From: Gemmatimonadota bacterium
Lineage (GTDB): Bacteria; Gemmatimonadota; Gemmatimonadetes; Gemmatimonadales; GWC2-71-9
Direction: 5' to 3'
Assembly (NCBI GenBank): GCA_016720805.1
Contig: JADKJZ010000014.1
Coordinates: 516,904 to 580,903 of the forward strand
Length of the DNA: 64,000 bases
Positions 55,472-64,000 of this stretch are shown here, one piece after another (position 1 is the first letter of the stretch; the number at the start of each line of letters is the position of its first letter). The notes under the pieces are model-generated. The model was not told the origin of the DNA, did no database searches, and saw only the letters and a list, made by a program, of their open reading frames with translations. The translations under genes and the position numbers were made by a program.

Positions 55472-55628
55472 TGGATGATGGATGATGGATGATGGATGAT
55501 GGATGGCGGGAAAGTGAGCCGGCATCGGCCATGGCGAGCGGTCCAGCATCCCCGATCCATCATCTATCATCCATCATCCATCATCCATCATCCATCATCC
55601 ATCATCCATCATCCATCATCCATCATCC
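55466..55628. repeat. Largest hairpin element: (GGATGAT-type)x5.5 / about 50-nt spacer / (ATCATCC)x10
   Basis: The left arm (55466-55507) includes the Nramp stop at 55469-55471. The right arm (55559-55628) is 10 near-perfect units. Confidence 0.9.
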
Positions 55629-55728
55629 GCTGTCAGGAGAGTAGATTTCCGCATGCGCTCTCTCTGGTCCGACACCGACGCCGCCCGCTGCACGCACGCC
55701 GCTGGATTTCCGGGTCTACTCGTCCCGA

Positions 55729-57636
55729 TTGCTGGGGCAGGATCCCGCCCTGGTGCTGCACGGCGGCGGCAACACCTCCGTGAAGGACACCGTCCCCGAT
55801 CTCTTCGGCGACGAGGTCCCGGTCCTCCACATCAAGGGAAGCGGCTGGGACCTCGCGACCATCGAGGCCGCGGGTTTTGCCCCCGTGCGCCTCGACGTCC
55901 TCCGGCGGATGGCGGACCTTCCCGTCCTCTCCGATACGGACATGGTGCGTGCGCAGCGCGCGGCAATGCTCGACCCGGGTGCGCCGACGCCCTCGGTCGA
56001 GGCCATTCTCCATGCCATCATCCCCTTCACGTACGTCGACCACACCCACGCCGACGCCGTGGTGGCGGTGAGCAACTCGCCAGGCGGCGAGGCGGCCATC
56101 CGCGCCATCTATGGACCTCGCGTGCTGGTGGTGCCCTACGTGATGCCGGGCTTCGTGCTCGCGCGTGCGGTGCGCGAGATGACCACGGTGACGGACTGGA
56201 GCGCGGTCGACGGGATCGTCCTCCTCAATCACGGCGTCTTCTCGTTCGGTGACGACGCGAAGAGCAGCTACGAGCGGATGATCGCGCTGGTCTCGCGCGC
56301 GGAGGAGTACCTCGCGTCGAAGGGCGCCTCGCTGGTGCCGCCGAGCACGGCCCAGGGGGCAACGCTCGCGCATGAGGAACTCCTCCGGCTGGCCGCGCTG
56401 CGTCGCGCGGTTGGCCTCGCCAAGGGCACGCCGGTGATCGCGGCGCTTGACCGCGCCGATGATTCCGTCGCCTTCGCCTCGCGCGCCGACGTGGCCCAGG
56501 TCGCCACGCGCGGTCCGCTCACGCCGGACCACGTGATTCGCACCAAGCCGCTGGCGCTGGTGGCGAGTGGTGACTGGGAGACGGCACTTCAGGGGTATGC
56601 CGAGCGGTACCGCGCCTACTTCGGCCGCCATGCCACGCCGGCGCTCACCTGTCTCGATCCGGCCCCGCGCTGGGTCATCTGGCCGGGCGTCGGCTTCGTG
56701 GCGATCGGCGCCTCGGTGAAGGATGCCGCGATCGTGACCGACCTGGCCCGGCACACCGCGCGCGCCATCGGCTGGGGTGAGCAGTTGGGTGGCTGGACAC
56801 CACTCCCCGAGGCCGACCTCTTCGCCGTGGAGTATTGGGAGCTCGAACAGACCAAGTTACGGCAGGGTGGCGCACCGCCGTCGATGCAGGGGAAGGTGGC
56901 GCTGGTGACCGGAGCGGCGAGCGGGATCGGGCGCGCCGTGGCGCTGGCGCTGCACGCAGAGGGGGCGGCGGTCCTCGCGACCGACATCAATCCCGAGGTC
57001 ACCGCCCTCTCGCGGGGTGGGTCACTCGTGGGTTGGGTGGCCGATGCGACCGACGCGGCCGCGATGGCAGGCGCGATCGCGGAATGCGTCCGCCGATTCG
57101 GCGGCCTCGACCACCTGGTGAGCAACGCGGGGATTTTTTCGGCGGGCGCGCGGATCGAACAGCTCGACGACGCACGCTGGGCCGAGAGCCTGCAGCTCAA
57201 CCTCACCAGCCACATGACCTTGCTCCGGAGCGCCGTTCCGTTCCTGCGCCACGGCTTCGAGCCGAGCGTGGTGATCGTCGGGTCGAAGAACGTCCCGGCG
57301 CCGGGTCCTGGCGCGGCGGCGTATTCGGTGGCCAAGGCTGGGCTCGCCCAGCTGGCGCGGGTCGCCGCCCTCGAACTGGGCACGGACGGCATCCGCATCA
57401 ACACCGTCCACCCGCATCTGGTGGTCGACACCGCGCTCTGGACTCCGGAAGTGCTGGCCTCGCGGGCCCAGTCGTACGGCCTCACCACCGAGGACTACAT
57501 CCGCAACAACCTCCTCGGCGTCGAGATCACCACGCGCGACGTCTCGAACGCGGTGCTCGCGTTGCTGGGGCCGACCTTTGCGAAGACGACCGGCGCGCAG
57601 ATTCCGATCGACGGCGGCAGCGACCGCGTGGTGTAG
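55729..57636 (+). CDS. Bifunctional class II aldolase / short-chain dehydrogenase (rhamnulose-1-phosphate aldolase/alcohol dehydrogenase-like)
   Basis: N-terminal motif LLGQDPALVLHGGGNTSVK. SDR half with VTGAASGIGRA and YSVAKAG. The annotated TTG start is doubtful (see finding at 55653-55731). Confidence 0.8.
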   Translation: MLGQDPALVLHGGGNTSVKDTVPDLFGDEVPVLHIKGSGWDLATIEAAGFAPVRLDVLRRMADLPVLSDTDMVRAQRAAMLDPGAPTPSVEAILHAIIPFTYVDHTHADAVVAVSNSPGGEAAIRAIYGPRVLVVPYVMPGFVLARAVREMTTVTDWSAVDGIVLLNHGVFSFGDDAKSSYERMIALVSRAEEYLASKGASLVPPSTAQGATLAHEELLRLAALRRAVGLAKGTPVIAALDRADDSVAFASRADVAQVATRGPLTPDHVIRTKPLALVASGDWETALQGYAERYRAYFGRHATPALTCLDPAPRWVIWPGVGFVAIGASVKDAAIVTDLARHTARAIGWGEQLGGWTPLPEADLFAVEYWELEQTKLRQGGAPPSMQGKVALVTGAASGIGRAVALALHAEGAAVLATDINPEVTALSRGGSLVGWVADATDAAAMAGAIAECVRRFGGLDHLVSNAGIFSAGARIEQLDDARWAESLQLNLTSHMTLLRSAVPFLRHGFEPSVVIVGSKNVPAPGPGAAAYSVAKAGLAQLARVAALELGTDGIRINTVHPHLVVDTALWTPEVLASRAQSYGLTTEDYIRNNLLGVEITTRDVSNAVLALLGPTFAKTTGAQIPIDGGSDRVV

Positions 57637-58674
57637 TCAGGCGCGCTCGGGAAAGAGCCCCAGCAATCCGGCTTCCGACGCGGCACAGACGCCGCGCTCG
57701 GTGATCAGTGCGGTGACCAGGCGGGCCGGCGTGACGTCGAAGCCTGGGTTGTGCGCCGCCACACCGGGGAGGGAATGCACCTCGCGCGGGTCGCGCTCCT
57801 CGATCACGATGCTCATCCCGTCCCGCGACGCCCAATCGATGCTCGAGGACGGTGCCGCCACGTAGAACGGGATGCCGGTGTCGTGTGCCGCGAGCGCCTT
57901 CAGGTAGGTCCCGATCTTGTTGGCCACGTCACCGGTGCGCGTCGTGCGGTCGGTCCCCACGATGCACGCGTCGACCTTCCCTTGCCGCATCAGCAACCCG
58001 CCGGCGTTGTCGACGATCACCGTGTGCGGCACGCCGTGCTGCCCCAGCTCCCACGCCGTCAGGTAGCCCTGATTGCGCGGGCGGGTCTCGTCGACCCAGA
58101 CGTGGAGGGGGATGCCGGCGTCGTGGGCGCGGTAGATCGGGCCGAGGGCGGTCCCCCAATCGATGGTGGCGAGCCAGCCGGCGTTGCAGTGGGTGAGGAG
58201 TTGCAGCGGCCGTTCGGGATGCTGCGCCCAGAGGGCACGGAGGAGCGGCTCGCCGTGCGCCGCCATCGCCGCACACGCCGCCACGTCGTCGTCCGCCATC
58301 TGGGCTGCCGCCTGATAGGCCGCCTCGACGCGCTGTGCCGGGGCAAGCGGGCGCAGGAGGGTGGTCATCCGGTCGAGCGCCCAGCGGAGGTTCACTGCCG
58401 TGGGGCGGGTGGCGAGCAGCGTGGTGGCGGCGGCGTCGAGGGCGGCATCGGACGGATCGGCGTGCATCGCCAGCGCGATGCCATACGCGCCGGCCACGCC
58501 AATCAGCGGCGCGCCACGGAGCTGCATGCTGCTGATGGCGTGAGCCATCGCCTCCAGCGTATCGAGGCGGACCACGACGAAGTCGTGCGGGAGGCGGGTC
58601 TGGTCGATGATCTCGACCCCGCGTCCATCGGGGGCAATCCAGAGGGTGCGGGTCGGTTGGCCTGCGACGTTCAC
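57637..58674 (-). CDS. mtnA: S-methyl-5-thioribose-1-phosphate isomerase
   Basis: Motifs IDQTRLPH, MQLRGAPLIGVAGAYG, THCNAG and VGTDR..NGDVANKIGTY. Confidence 0.9.
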   Translation of the reverse strand: MNVAGQPTRTLWIAPDGRGVEIIDQTRLPHDFVVVRLDTLEAMAHAISSMQLRGAPLIGVAGAYGIALAMHADPSDAALDAAATTLLATRPTAVNLRWALDRMTTLLRPLAPAQRVEAAYQAAAQMADDDVAACAAMAAHGEPLLRALWAQHPERPLQLLTHCNAGWLATIDWGTALGPIYRAHDAGIPLHVWVDETRPRNQGYLTAWELGQHGVPHTVIVDNAGGLLMRQGKVDACIVGTDRTTRTGDVANKIGTYLKALAAHDTGIPFYVAAPSSSIDWASRDGMSIVIEERDPREVHSLPGVAAHNPGFDVTPARLVTALITERGVCAASEAGLLGLFPERA

Positions 58675-58777
58675 GGACGGCTCCGGGGCGGGGCGGGGTG
58701 CCGGAGAATAACCCCGACATTCCGCGGCCGCCGTCGCGCGCTATACTCCACCCCATCCCCACCCCGTGGAGCCTGCC

Positions 58778-59224
58778 ATGTCACCACTCTCCCTCGCCGG
58801 TCGTTCAGCGGCCATGCTGCTGATCGTCGGCTGTGCCTCGCCCAAGGCCGAAGCCGGCGTCGACAGCGCCGCCGTGGCCGCGGCGCGTGCCGACTCGCTC
58901 GCGAAGGCCACACTGATCGAGGCGACGACGCTCCGCGACTCGGCCGAGGCCACCCTCGCCACGCTGCTCAAGAATCCGGCGACCGCCGTCTTCGACAGCG
59001 TGGTGGTCATCCAGCCGCCGGCCGTTGGCGACCGCCTCCCGCCGATGGTGGTCTGCGGGCAGATCAGCGGGAAGCCGGGGATCGGCGGCCGTTCCACGCC
59101 GACCCGCTTCGTCTACCAGACCAAATTCGCGCTCTTCGTGGAAGAGGCGGCGAACCGTCAGGCATTCGCGGATCTCGTCGGGCGGACCTGCGGCGCAACC
59201 GGCGCGCGCGTGGTGGGGCCGTAG
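58778..59224 (+). CDS. Lipoprotein of unknown function
   Basis: MSPLSLAGRSAAMLLIVGC-ASPK lipobox. Start ATG at 58778 preferred over GTG at 58766. Confidence 0.5.
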   Translation: MSPLSLAGRSAAMLLIVGCASPKAEAGVDSAAVAAARADSLAKATLIEATTLRDSAEATLATLLKNPATAVFDSVVVIQPPAVGDRLPPMVVCGQISGKPGIGGRSTPTRFVYQTKFALFVEEAANRQAFADLVGRTCGATGARVVGP

Positions 59225-59310
59225 GCTGGGCCTCCGACGCGCTTCGTCGGTCACACAGCATGGCGGCCGGAATGTCGATATCGGTGACGGTCCTGGTGCG
59301 CGCTCTCGGA

Positions 59311-59898
59311 TCAGAGGTCGGAATCAACCGGGATTCTGAACCAGACATGCCATTCGGTCCGCGTGCGTCTGACAATGAAGTCGTAGACCGAAATGGTCCC
59401 ACCAGTGCTGTCCAGCGAAGCTTCTGCGACACGCACCGTCCGGTAGTCTCCTAGCGGCCCGGTCGGTATGGAATCACGGTATCGCCCGACAAGGGCTGGC
59501 ACACCGGGGCGTGAGATGCCAACGCCCACACGAGTGATCGATTCTGCGGGGCACGACGAGGTATCAGCGTTTGGCATCATGCGATGTGGGCATGGTCCGC
59601 GTGAGGCTTCGAGAGTGATCGGGATCTTTTCTCGAGCCAGGAAGCGGTTCCGTGCGCGATTGACGTCGTCAGGCAGGGCATTGGCAGTGTTCCCCGGATC
59701 GTCCGCTGGTGGCCGCGAAGCGACTTCAAGGATGCCCTTCGCCCATCGCTGTCGCTCACCTCGAATCACCGCTTCGAAGACGCGTTCCTCCAGATCGACA
59801 CGGGAGGGAGCGCTGCCGATGGCGTGCCAACAACCCGCAACAAGGAGCGGCGAGAGTAGGCGCACGCCGAGCATCGAGACCCGAAATCCCGGTCTCAT
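59311..59898 (-). CDS. Orphan lipoprotein (lower-GC islet)
   Basis: MRPGFRVSMLGVRLLSPLLVAGC lipobox. Its start overlaps the upstream gene stop by 4 nt (ATGA). No family recognised. Confidence 0.5.
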   Translation of the reverse strand: MRPGFRVSMLGVRLLSPLLVAGCWHAIGSAPSRVDLEERVFEAVIRGERQRWAKGILEVASRPPADDPGNTANALPDDVNRARNRFLAREKIPITLEASRGPCPHRMMPNADTSSCPAESITRVGVGISRPGVPALVGRYRDSIPTGPLGDYRTVRVAEASLDSTGGTISVYDFIVRRTRTEWHVWFRIPVDSDL

Positions 59899-61031
59899 TG
59901 CGGTACTGGCGGTGGCGTCTGGGTATTCACGTCACTGCACATGATCGCGTGTCGCGTCAACAGCCCACGATCGCCGTCTTCATGCTCTTCCATGAACGCG
60001 TGGTCGATTTCATGGGCGAGCATGAACTGCAAGGTCATTTCAACCCCCGCACGCATCCCCTTATGCGCCTTGTCGTAGTGGACGCCGGTGAAGATGTCTG
60101 CGAGGACGATCCGCGTACCTCCAGCATAGTTCATCTCCCCCCACCCCGCGATGTCATTCTTGCTAGCCGTGTAGAGCTTAAGGTTTCCTCGAGCGAGAAC
60201 CGTGTCGAGTGCGAAGGCGAGTGGGACGCACTCCCCGCCTCTCGCTCGCATCCGTTCAATCGCTGCTCGGATCCGATCTATGGCCAGCGGCTCAGGGTCT
60301 CTTCCAATACACCAGGCCAGATGGCCGGGGTGGGATGGGAGGGGAGAGCAGCCCCACAGCGTGTCGGAGTCGATAGGATCCGGCTCGAATTGGGAGATGG
60401 AATCTGCAATGTCGGGTACCGCCGGGACAGTAGGCGTCCCGGTCGTCGGTGCGGTTTCTTCGCCTGGGCCAGATCCAGGTCCAGAACCCGGTCCGGCAGG
60501 TGTGCTTCCGGGTGGAGGAACCCATCGGTAAGTGGAGACCCAGTCGCAGGAAGCCGTTCTGTAAACCGTGACATGAAGCACGGGGAGCTCACCTTCCGCG
60601 CCTGGTTCAACCCAACGCTCGATGCGATCTGTGACGGACATCTGGCACGTCATGCCGTCATACTCCCAGTAACCCTCGCCTTCCCATTCGTTCGATGCTT
60701 GGGATGCCCACCTGACTCCCTGTCGAATGGCCTGGTGAATGGCCTGGATGGTGCTCTCCAACGTATCACGGTTAACGCCAACGCAGCTAAAGAATTTATC
60801 CACACCAGGTAGCAACGTAATTCCAACGGTTGTTGAGTCGGGTATCCCGACAAGGGGTCGGCACCCAGCGTCAACCATCATCCCCGAGGCCGTGATACCA
60901 AGGTCACTATCGAGGGAAACGTTGCGGTAACCTGGGTCCTTCTGCACGATTGTACTGTCGCTCGAACACCCGAGTGACATGGCAGCGAGCAGCCAGGAGA
61001 CGGCCAAGAATGAGCGGCGTAGCTGATTCAC
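59895..61031 (-). CDS. Orphan two-domain lipoprotein with a C-terminal HExxH (zincin-like) motif
   Basis: GTG at 61031 gives VNQLRRSFLAVSWLLAAMSLGC-SS, a lipobox signal. A Pro/Gly/Thr linker (PPPGSTPAGPGSGPGSGPGEETAPTTGTPTVP) follows. The C-terminal domain contains LAHEIDHAFMEEHED. Confidence 0.5.
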   Translation of the reverse strand: MNQLRRSFLAVSWLLAAMSLGCSSDSTIVQKDPGYRNVSLDSDLGITASGMMVDAGCRPLVGIPDSTTVGITLLPGVDKFFSCVGVNRDTLESTIQAIHQAIRQGVRWASQASNEWEGEGYWEYDGMTCQMSVTDRIERWVEPGAEGELPVLHVTVYRTASCDWVSTYRWVPPPGSTPAGPGSGPGSGPGEETAPTTGTPTVPAVPDIADSISQFEPDPIDSDTLWGCSPLPSHPGHLAWCIGRDPEPLAIDRIRAAIERMRARGGECVPLAFALDTVLARGNLKLYTASKNDIAGWGEMNYAGGTRIVLADIFTGVHYDKAHKGMRAGVEMTLQFMLAHEIDHAFMEEHEDGDRGLLTRHAIMCSDVNTQTPPPVPQ

Positions 61032-61473
61032 TGTGGACTCCCAAATGCGGGGTAAAGCGTCGCGTGCGGGGCCATCTCGCCACGAAAGCAAAGGGCGTGT
61101 GAGTAATCGCATATTGAAGGCCGGTCCGTTCGGTTGTACATCCATGAGGCGGAAGAAAGATGTTGGTCGCTTCCCCTCCGCCGGACGAAACGGAGAACGT
61201 GCTTATCACACCGGAGAGTGGCCCATTTGGAGTGTCGTGAATCGACCATTCCCTAGATACCGCCGACCCCGGCTGAATGGAAGGGGTGGCGTTTTAGCCG
61301 AGACTGTTCTCGGAGTTGCACCTTTTCGGCGCACCGCGGATTTTGTTGGTGCACGAACCAACTGACCAAAGCGACCCAGCCGGTCCACCGGACCCGTGGT
61401 GCCGCCGGGCGATCGTGGCCAAGCGCGGGGCTTCGTTGGCCGGGGCCCTCTCCCCGTTCCCCCTGGTGCCTCC

Positions 61474-63858
61474 ATGGCTCGAATGAAGTCTGCGTCGATC
61501 GCGGTCCTGCTCTCCCTCGCCATCGCCACGCCGCTCGCGGCCCAGACCACCATGTCAGCGGGAGCGTTGCAGCTCTCCGTGAACCGCCAGGGAACGCTCA
61601 CCGCGCTGCGCAGCACCGCGACGGGCCTCAACTACCTGCATCCGACGCACCCCGCACCGCTGCTCACGCTCGTGAGCGGTGGCCGCCGCTACCCGGCGAC
61701 CGCGATGTCGCTTGCGCAGGCCAAGGACGGCAAGCGGCTCACGCTGCAGTTCGCGCCGACGGCCGTCCGCATCGTGGTCCGGGTTCGCGAGCGGCCGACG
61801 CACCTGGGGCTCGACATCGTCTCCGCGACGCCGGCGCCGATGGTCGAGGCCGTAGTCTGGGGCCCGTATCCCACCACGATCACCAAGACGATCGGCGAGG
61901 TGATCGGCGTGGTGCGCGACGGCACCACGTCGCTCGGCATGCAGGTGCTCAACCTCAAGACGCTCGGCGGCGACCTGCCGAACAACGAGGGGAGCACCTG
62001 GGCGCGCGGCATTGCGGCGTTGGCGATCCCCGGAGGGAGCGCGCTGCAAGCGTACGCCATCAACCGGGACCGGGCGCGTCGGGTCGATGCCTGGGGCGGG
62101 ACGCGCAAGAACATGCCGGTCCCCCCGATCCCTGGCGAGACGGTGGTCGGGAGCAGCATCGCGCTCTTCACCGCAGCGGAGTCGGAGACGCTCGATCGAC
62201 TCGAGCGAATTGGTGTGGCGGAGGGGCTGCCGCATCCGACGATCGACGGCGTGTGGTTCCCGAAGTCGGCGCTGTTCGGGCGGTCGTACCTGATCTCATC
62301 CTTCGGCGAGGGTGAGGTCGACGAGATGCTCGGCTACACCAAGCGCGCGGGGCTCTATTCGCTGTACCACGAGGGCCCCTTCAAGAGCTGGGGGCATTTC
62401 GTGTTGTCGGAGAGCCAGTTTCCGAATGGCCGCACGGGAATGCGGCTCGCGGTCGAGAAGGCGCACGCGGCCGGACTGCACCTCGGGGTGCACACGCTGA
62501 CCAACTTCATCAACACCAACGACCCGTACGTGACGCCGGTGCCCGACGACCGACTCTCACTGACGGGCTCGTCAAGGCTCGTGCAGGCGGTGGATGCCGT
62601 GCAGCGGGAGATCGAGGTCGCCTCGCCGGAGTACTTCAACGAAGAGAAGGAGAATCATCTCCACACCATCAAGATCGGGCGCGAGCTGATCCGGTACCGC
62701 ACCGTCACGGCGGCGGCACCGTACCGGCTGCTCGACGCCCAGCGTGGCGCCTTCGGCACCACCGCCTCGGCGCATGCGGCGGGCGAGTCAGTCGGCAAGC
62801 TCTTCGATCACAGCTATAACGTCTTCTTCCCGAACTTTGCCATGCAGCGCGAGGTGGCCCGCAACCTCGCCGACTTCCTCAACGAGACCGGTGTCGATCA
62901 CATCGACTTCGACGGCCACGAGGGCGGCCTCGCCTCGGGCCAGGGGGACTACGCGGTCGGGCTCTTCGCCGAGGACGTGCTGAAGCAGGTGAAGCACGAC
63001 CTGATCAACGGCACCAGTATCAGCAAGACCTTCTACTGGCGGATCGGGTCGTACTACAACTGGGGCGAGCCGTGGTACGGCGGTTTCAAGGAGAGCATGC
63101 AGCAGTACCGGATCGACAATCAGGGGCTGTTCGACCGGAACTACATGCCGCACATGCTCGGCTGGTACCTCCTGACCGACAAGACCACGCTGCCGGAATT
63201 GGAGTGGATGCTGGCGCGGGCGGCTGGGTACAGCGCGGGCTTCGCGATGGTGGCACGCCCGCCGGCGTTGCGCGCCAATCCCCTCACGCCAGTCCTCCTC
63301 GATGCGATTCGTGAATGGGAAGCAGCTCGAACCAGCGGAGCCTTTGATAGTGCGCAGCGCGAGCGGCTCAAGGACCCCAAGAACGAATTCCACCTGGAGA
63401 AGACCGCGCCGGGGGCATGGACGCTGGCGCAGTACCTCCTCTCGCCGCTCTACCTGCGCACCAAGGTGGAGCGGCAACCCGGCGAGCCGACCGGCACGAC
63501 ATGGGAGCTGTCGCAGCCATGGGGTGAGCAGCGGCTGCAGTTTCGCCTCTCGCTGGCCGGCAAGGCGGTCACGGCGAAGAACTTCCGGCTGCAGATCGAC
63601 CGCACCGTCGAGGTGGTGATTCCGGTGGAGCTGCAGGGTGGCGAGAGCCTGGTGTGTGACGGCTCGACGACCATTCGGGTCTATGACGCCGGTGGGCGGC
63701 TGAAGACGACGTTCACGTTGGCGGCACTCCCACCGATGGTGGCGCAGGGGGCGCACACGGTCACGCTCGATTCGGACTTTGGCGGCGACGAGCCGCCGAG
63801 GATCGAGGTGCAGTTCAAGGGGTTGGGGAAGGGGGAACCGATCCGCGCCCGGCCGTAG
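61474..63858 (+). CDS. Large secreted protein of unknown family (possible carbohydrate-active TIM-barrel-like core)
   Basis: Signal peptide MARMKSASIAVLLSLAIATPLAA-QT. 794 aa. Acidic and aromatic motifs (GLHLGVHTL, VDHIDFDGHEGG, YNWGEPWYGG). The function is inferred only weakly. Confidence 0.45.
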   Translation: MARMKSASIAVLLSLAIATPLAAQTTMSAGALQLSVNRQGTLTALRSTATGLNYLHPTHPAPLLTLVSGGRRYPATAMSLAQAKDGKRLTLQFAPTAVRIVVRVRERPTHLGLDIVSATPAPMVEAVVWGPYPTTITKTIGEVIGVVRDGTTSLGMQVLNLKTLGGDLPNNEGSTWARGIAALAIPGGSALQAYAINRDRARRVDAWGGTRKNMPVPPIPGETVVGSSIALFTAAESETLDRLERIGVAEGLPHPTIDGVWFPKSALFGRSYLISSFGEGEVDEMLGYTKRAGLYSLYHEGPFKSWGHFVLSESQFPNGRTGMRLAVEKAHAAGLHLGVHTLTNFINTNDPYVTPVPDDRLSLTGSSRLVQAVDAVQREIEVASPEYFNEEKENHLHTIKIGRELIRYRTVTAAAPYRLLDAQRGAFGTTASAHAAGESVGKLFDHSYNVFFPNFAMQREVARNLADFLNETGVDHIDFDGHEGGLASGQGDYAVGLFAEDVLKQVKHDLINGTSISKTFYWRIGSYYNWGEPWYGGFKESMQQYRIDNQGLFDRNYMPHMLGWYLLTDKTTLPELEWMLARAAGYSAGFAMVARPPALRANPLTPVLLDAIREWEAARTSGAFDSAQRERLKDPKNEFHLEKTAPGAWTLAQYLLSPLYLRTKVERQPGEPTGTTWELSQPWGEQRLQFRLSLAGKAVTAKNFRLQIDRTVEVVIPVELQGGESLVCDGSTTIRVYDAGGRLKTTFTLAALPPMVAQGAHTVTLDSDFGGDEPPRIEVQFKGLGKGEPIRARP

Positions 63859-63943
63859 CGCTGGGTGCGCGGGTCGGGTCGAGTGCGTTATACCTTGCTT
63901 GAATGTCTGTGGTGACGATTCTACGAACCGAGGAGCAGCTGAC

Positions 63944-64000
63944 GTGACGACGAGCACCCCACCAGCCCCACGCAGTGGCACGCCGAGCATTCGATGGTGG
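63944..64000 (+). CDS. Possible 5' end of the next CDS (runs off the window)
   Basis: GAGGAG lies 8 nt upstream of the GTG at 63944 and the frame is open to the window end. It is too short to evaluate. Confidence 0.2.
   Translation, partial: MTTSTPPAPRSGTPSIRWW

Noticed and set aside
55496-55783. ORF encoding HPSSIIHHPSSII repeats (and similar SSIIHHP/MMDDG peptides at other arrays)
   Set aside because: This is the translation of the stop-free strand of the ATCATCC array. It has no start context and no flanking coding signal.
59230-61473. Mobile element boundaries (integrase, transposase, tRNA target, direct repeats) around the low-GC islet
   Set aside because: None was found by eye, so the horizontal origin rests on composition alone.

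Overview
This is a visibly high-GC bacterial chromosomal segment. Its signal peptides and gene content look Gemmatimonadota- or Acidobacteriota-like, but that is an unverified impression. Positions ~1-35.9 kb form an exosortase (EpsH/EpsI-type) exopolysaccharide locus. It holds several GT2/GT4 glycosyltransferases, an O-antigen-ligase/Wzy-like protein, an initiating sugar-phosphate transferase and a Wza-like exporter. It also holds a fused chain-length-determinant/BY-tyrosine kinase, a hexapeptide acetyltransferase, an MBOAT plus SGNH O-acylation pair and two adenylate-forming ligases. Regulators are a sigma-54 enhancer-binding response regulator with a soluble histidine kinase, and a REC plus degenerate-GGDEF protein. 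A 1425-aa S8 protease carrying 8-9 tandem 103-aa repeats is embedded in the locus. I found GG-N10-GC (sigma-54 type) promoter candidates in front of the two long EPS operons, the protease, the regulator and possibly an OMP gene. The remaining ~28 kb is mostly housekeeping or metal-related: kbl plus a frameshifted tdh, an H1-like protein, rlmI-like, thiE, mltG, ruvX, rho, an M50 protease, a CPA2 antiporter, a P1B ATPase, ADH, a PLP decarboxylase, an AP-superfamily enzyme, Nramp, an aldolase/SDR fusion and mtnA. It also contains a small lower-GC islet with two overlapping orphan lipoprotein genes (one with HExxH) and a 794-aa secreted protein of unknown family. The most unusual signal is non-coding. 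Eight loci at or next to gene ends (seven at gene 3' ends, one in a divergent intergenic region) carry heptanucleotide tandem arrays (GGATGAT, CGATGAT, SGTGAAA, TAGTYGT, GTGAGGG). Most are arranged as complementary arms around an inner hairpin, and every unit carries a stop triplet, so three units stop all three reading frames. No tRNA, rRNA, CRISPR array, transposase or integrase was recognised. All calls were made by eye from the ORF track and sequence; no searches were run.
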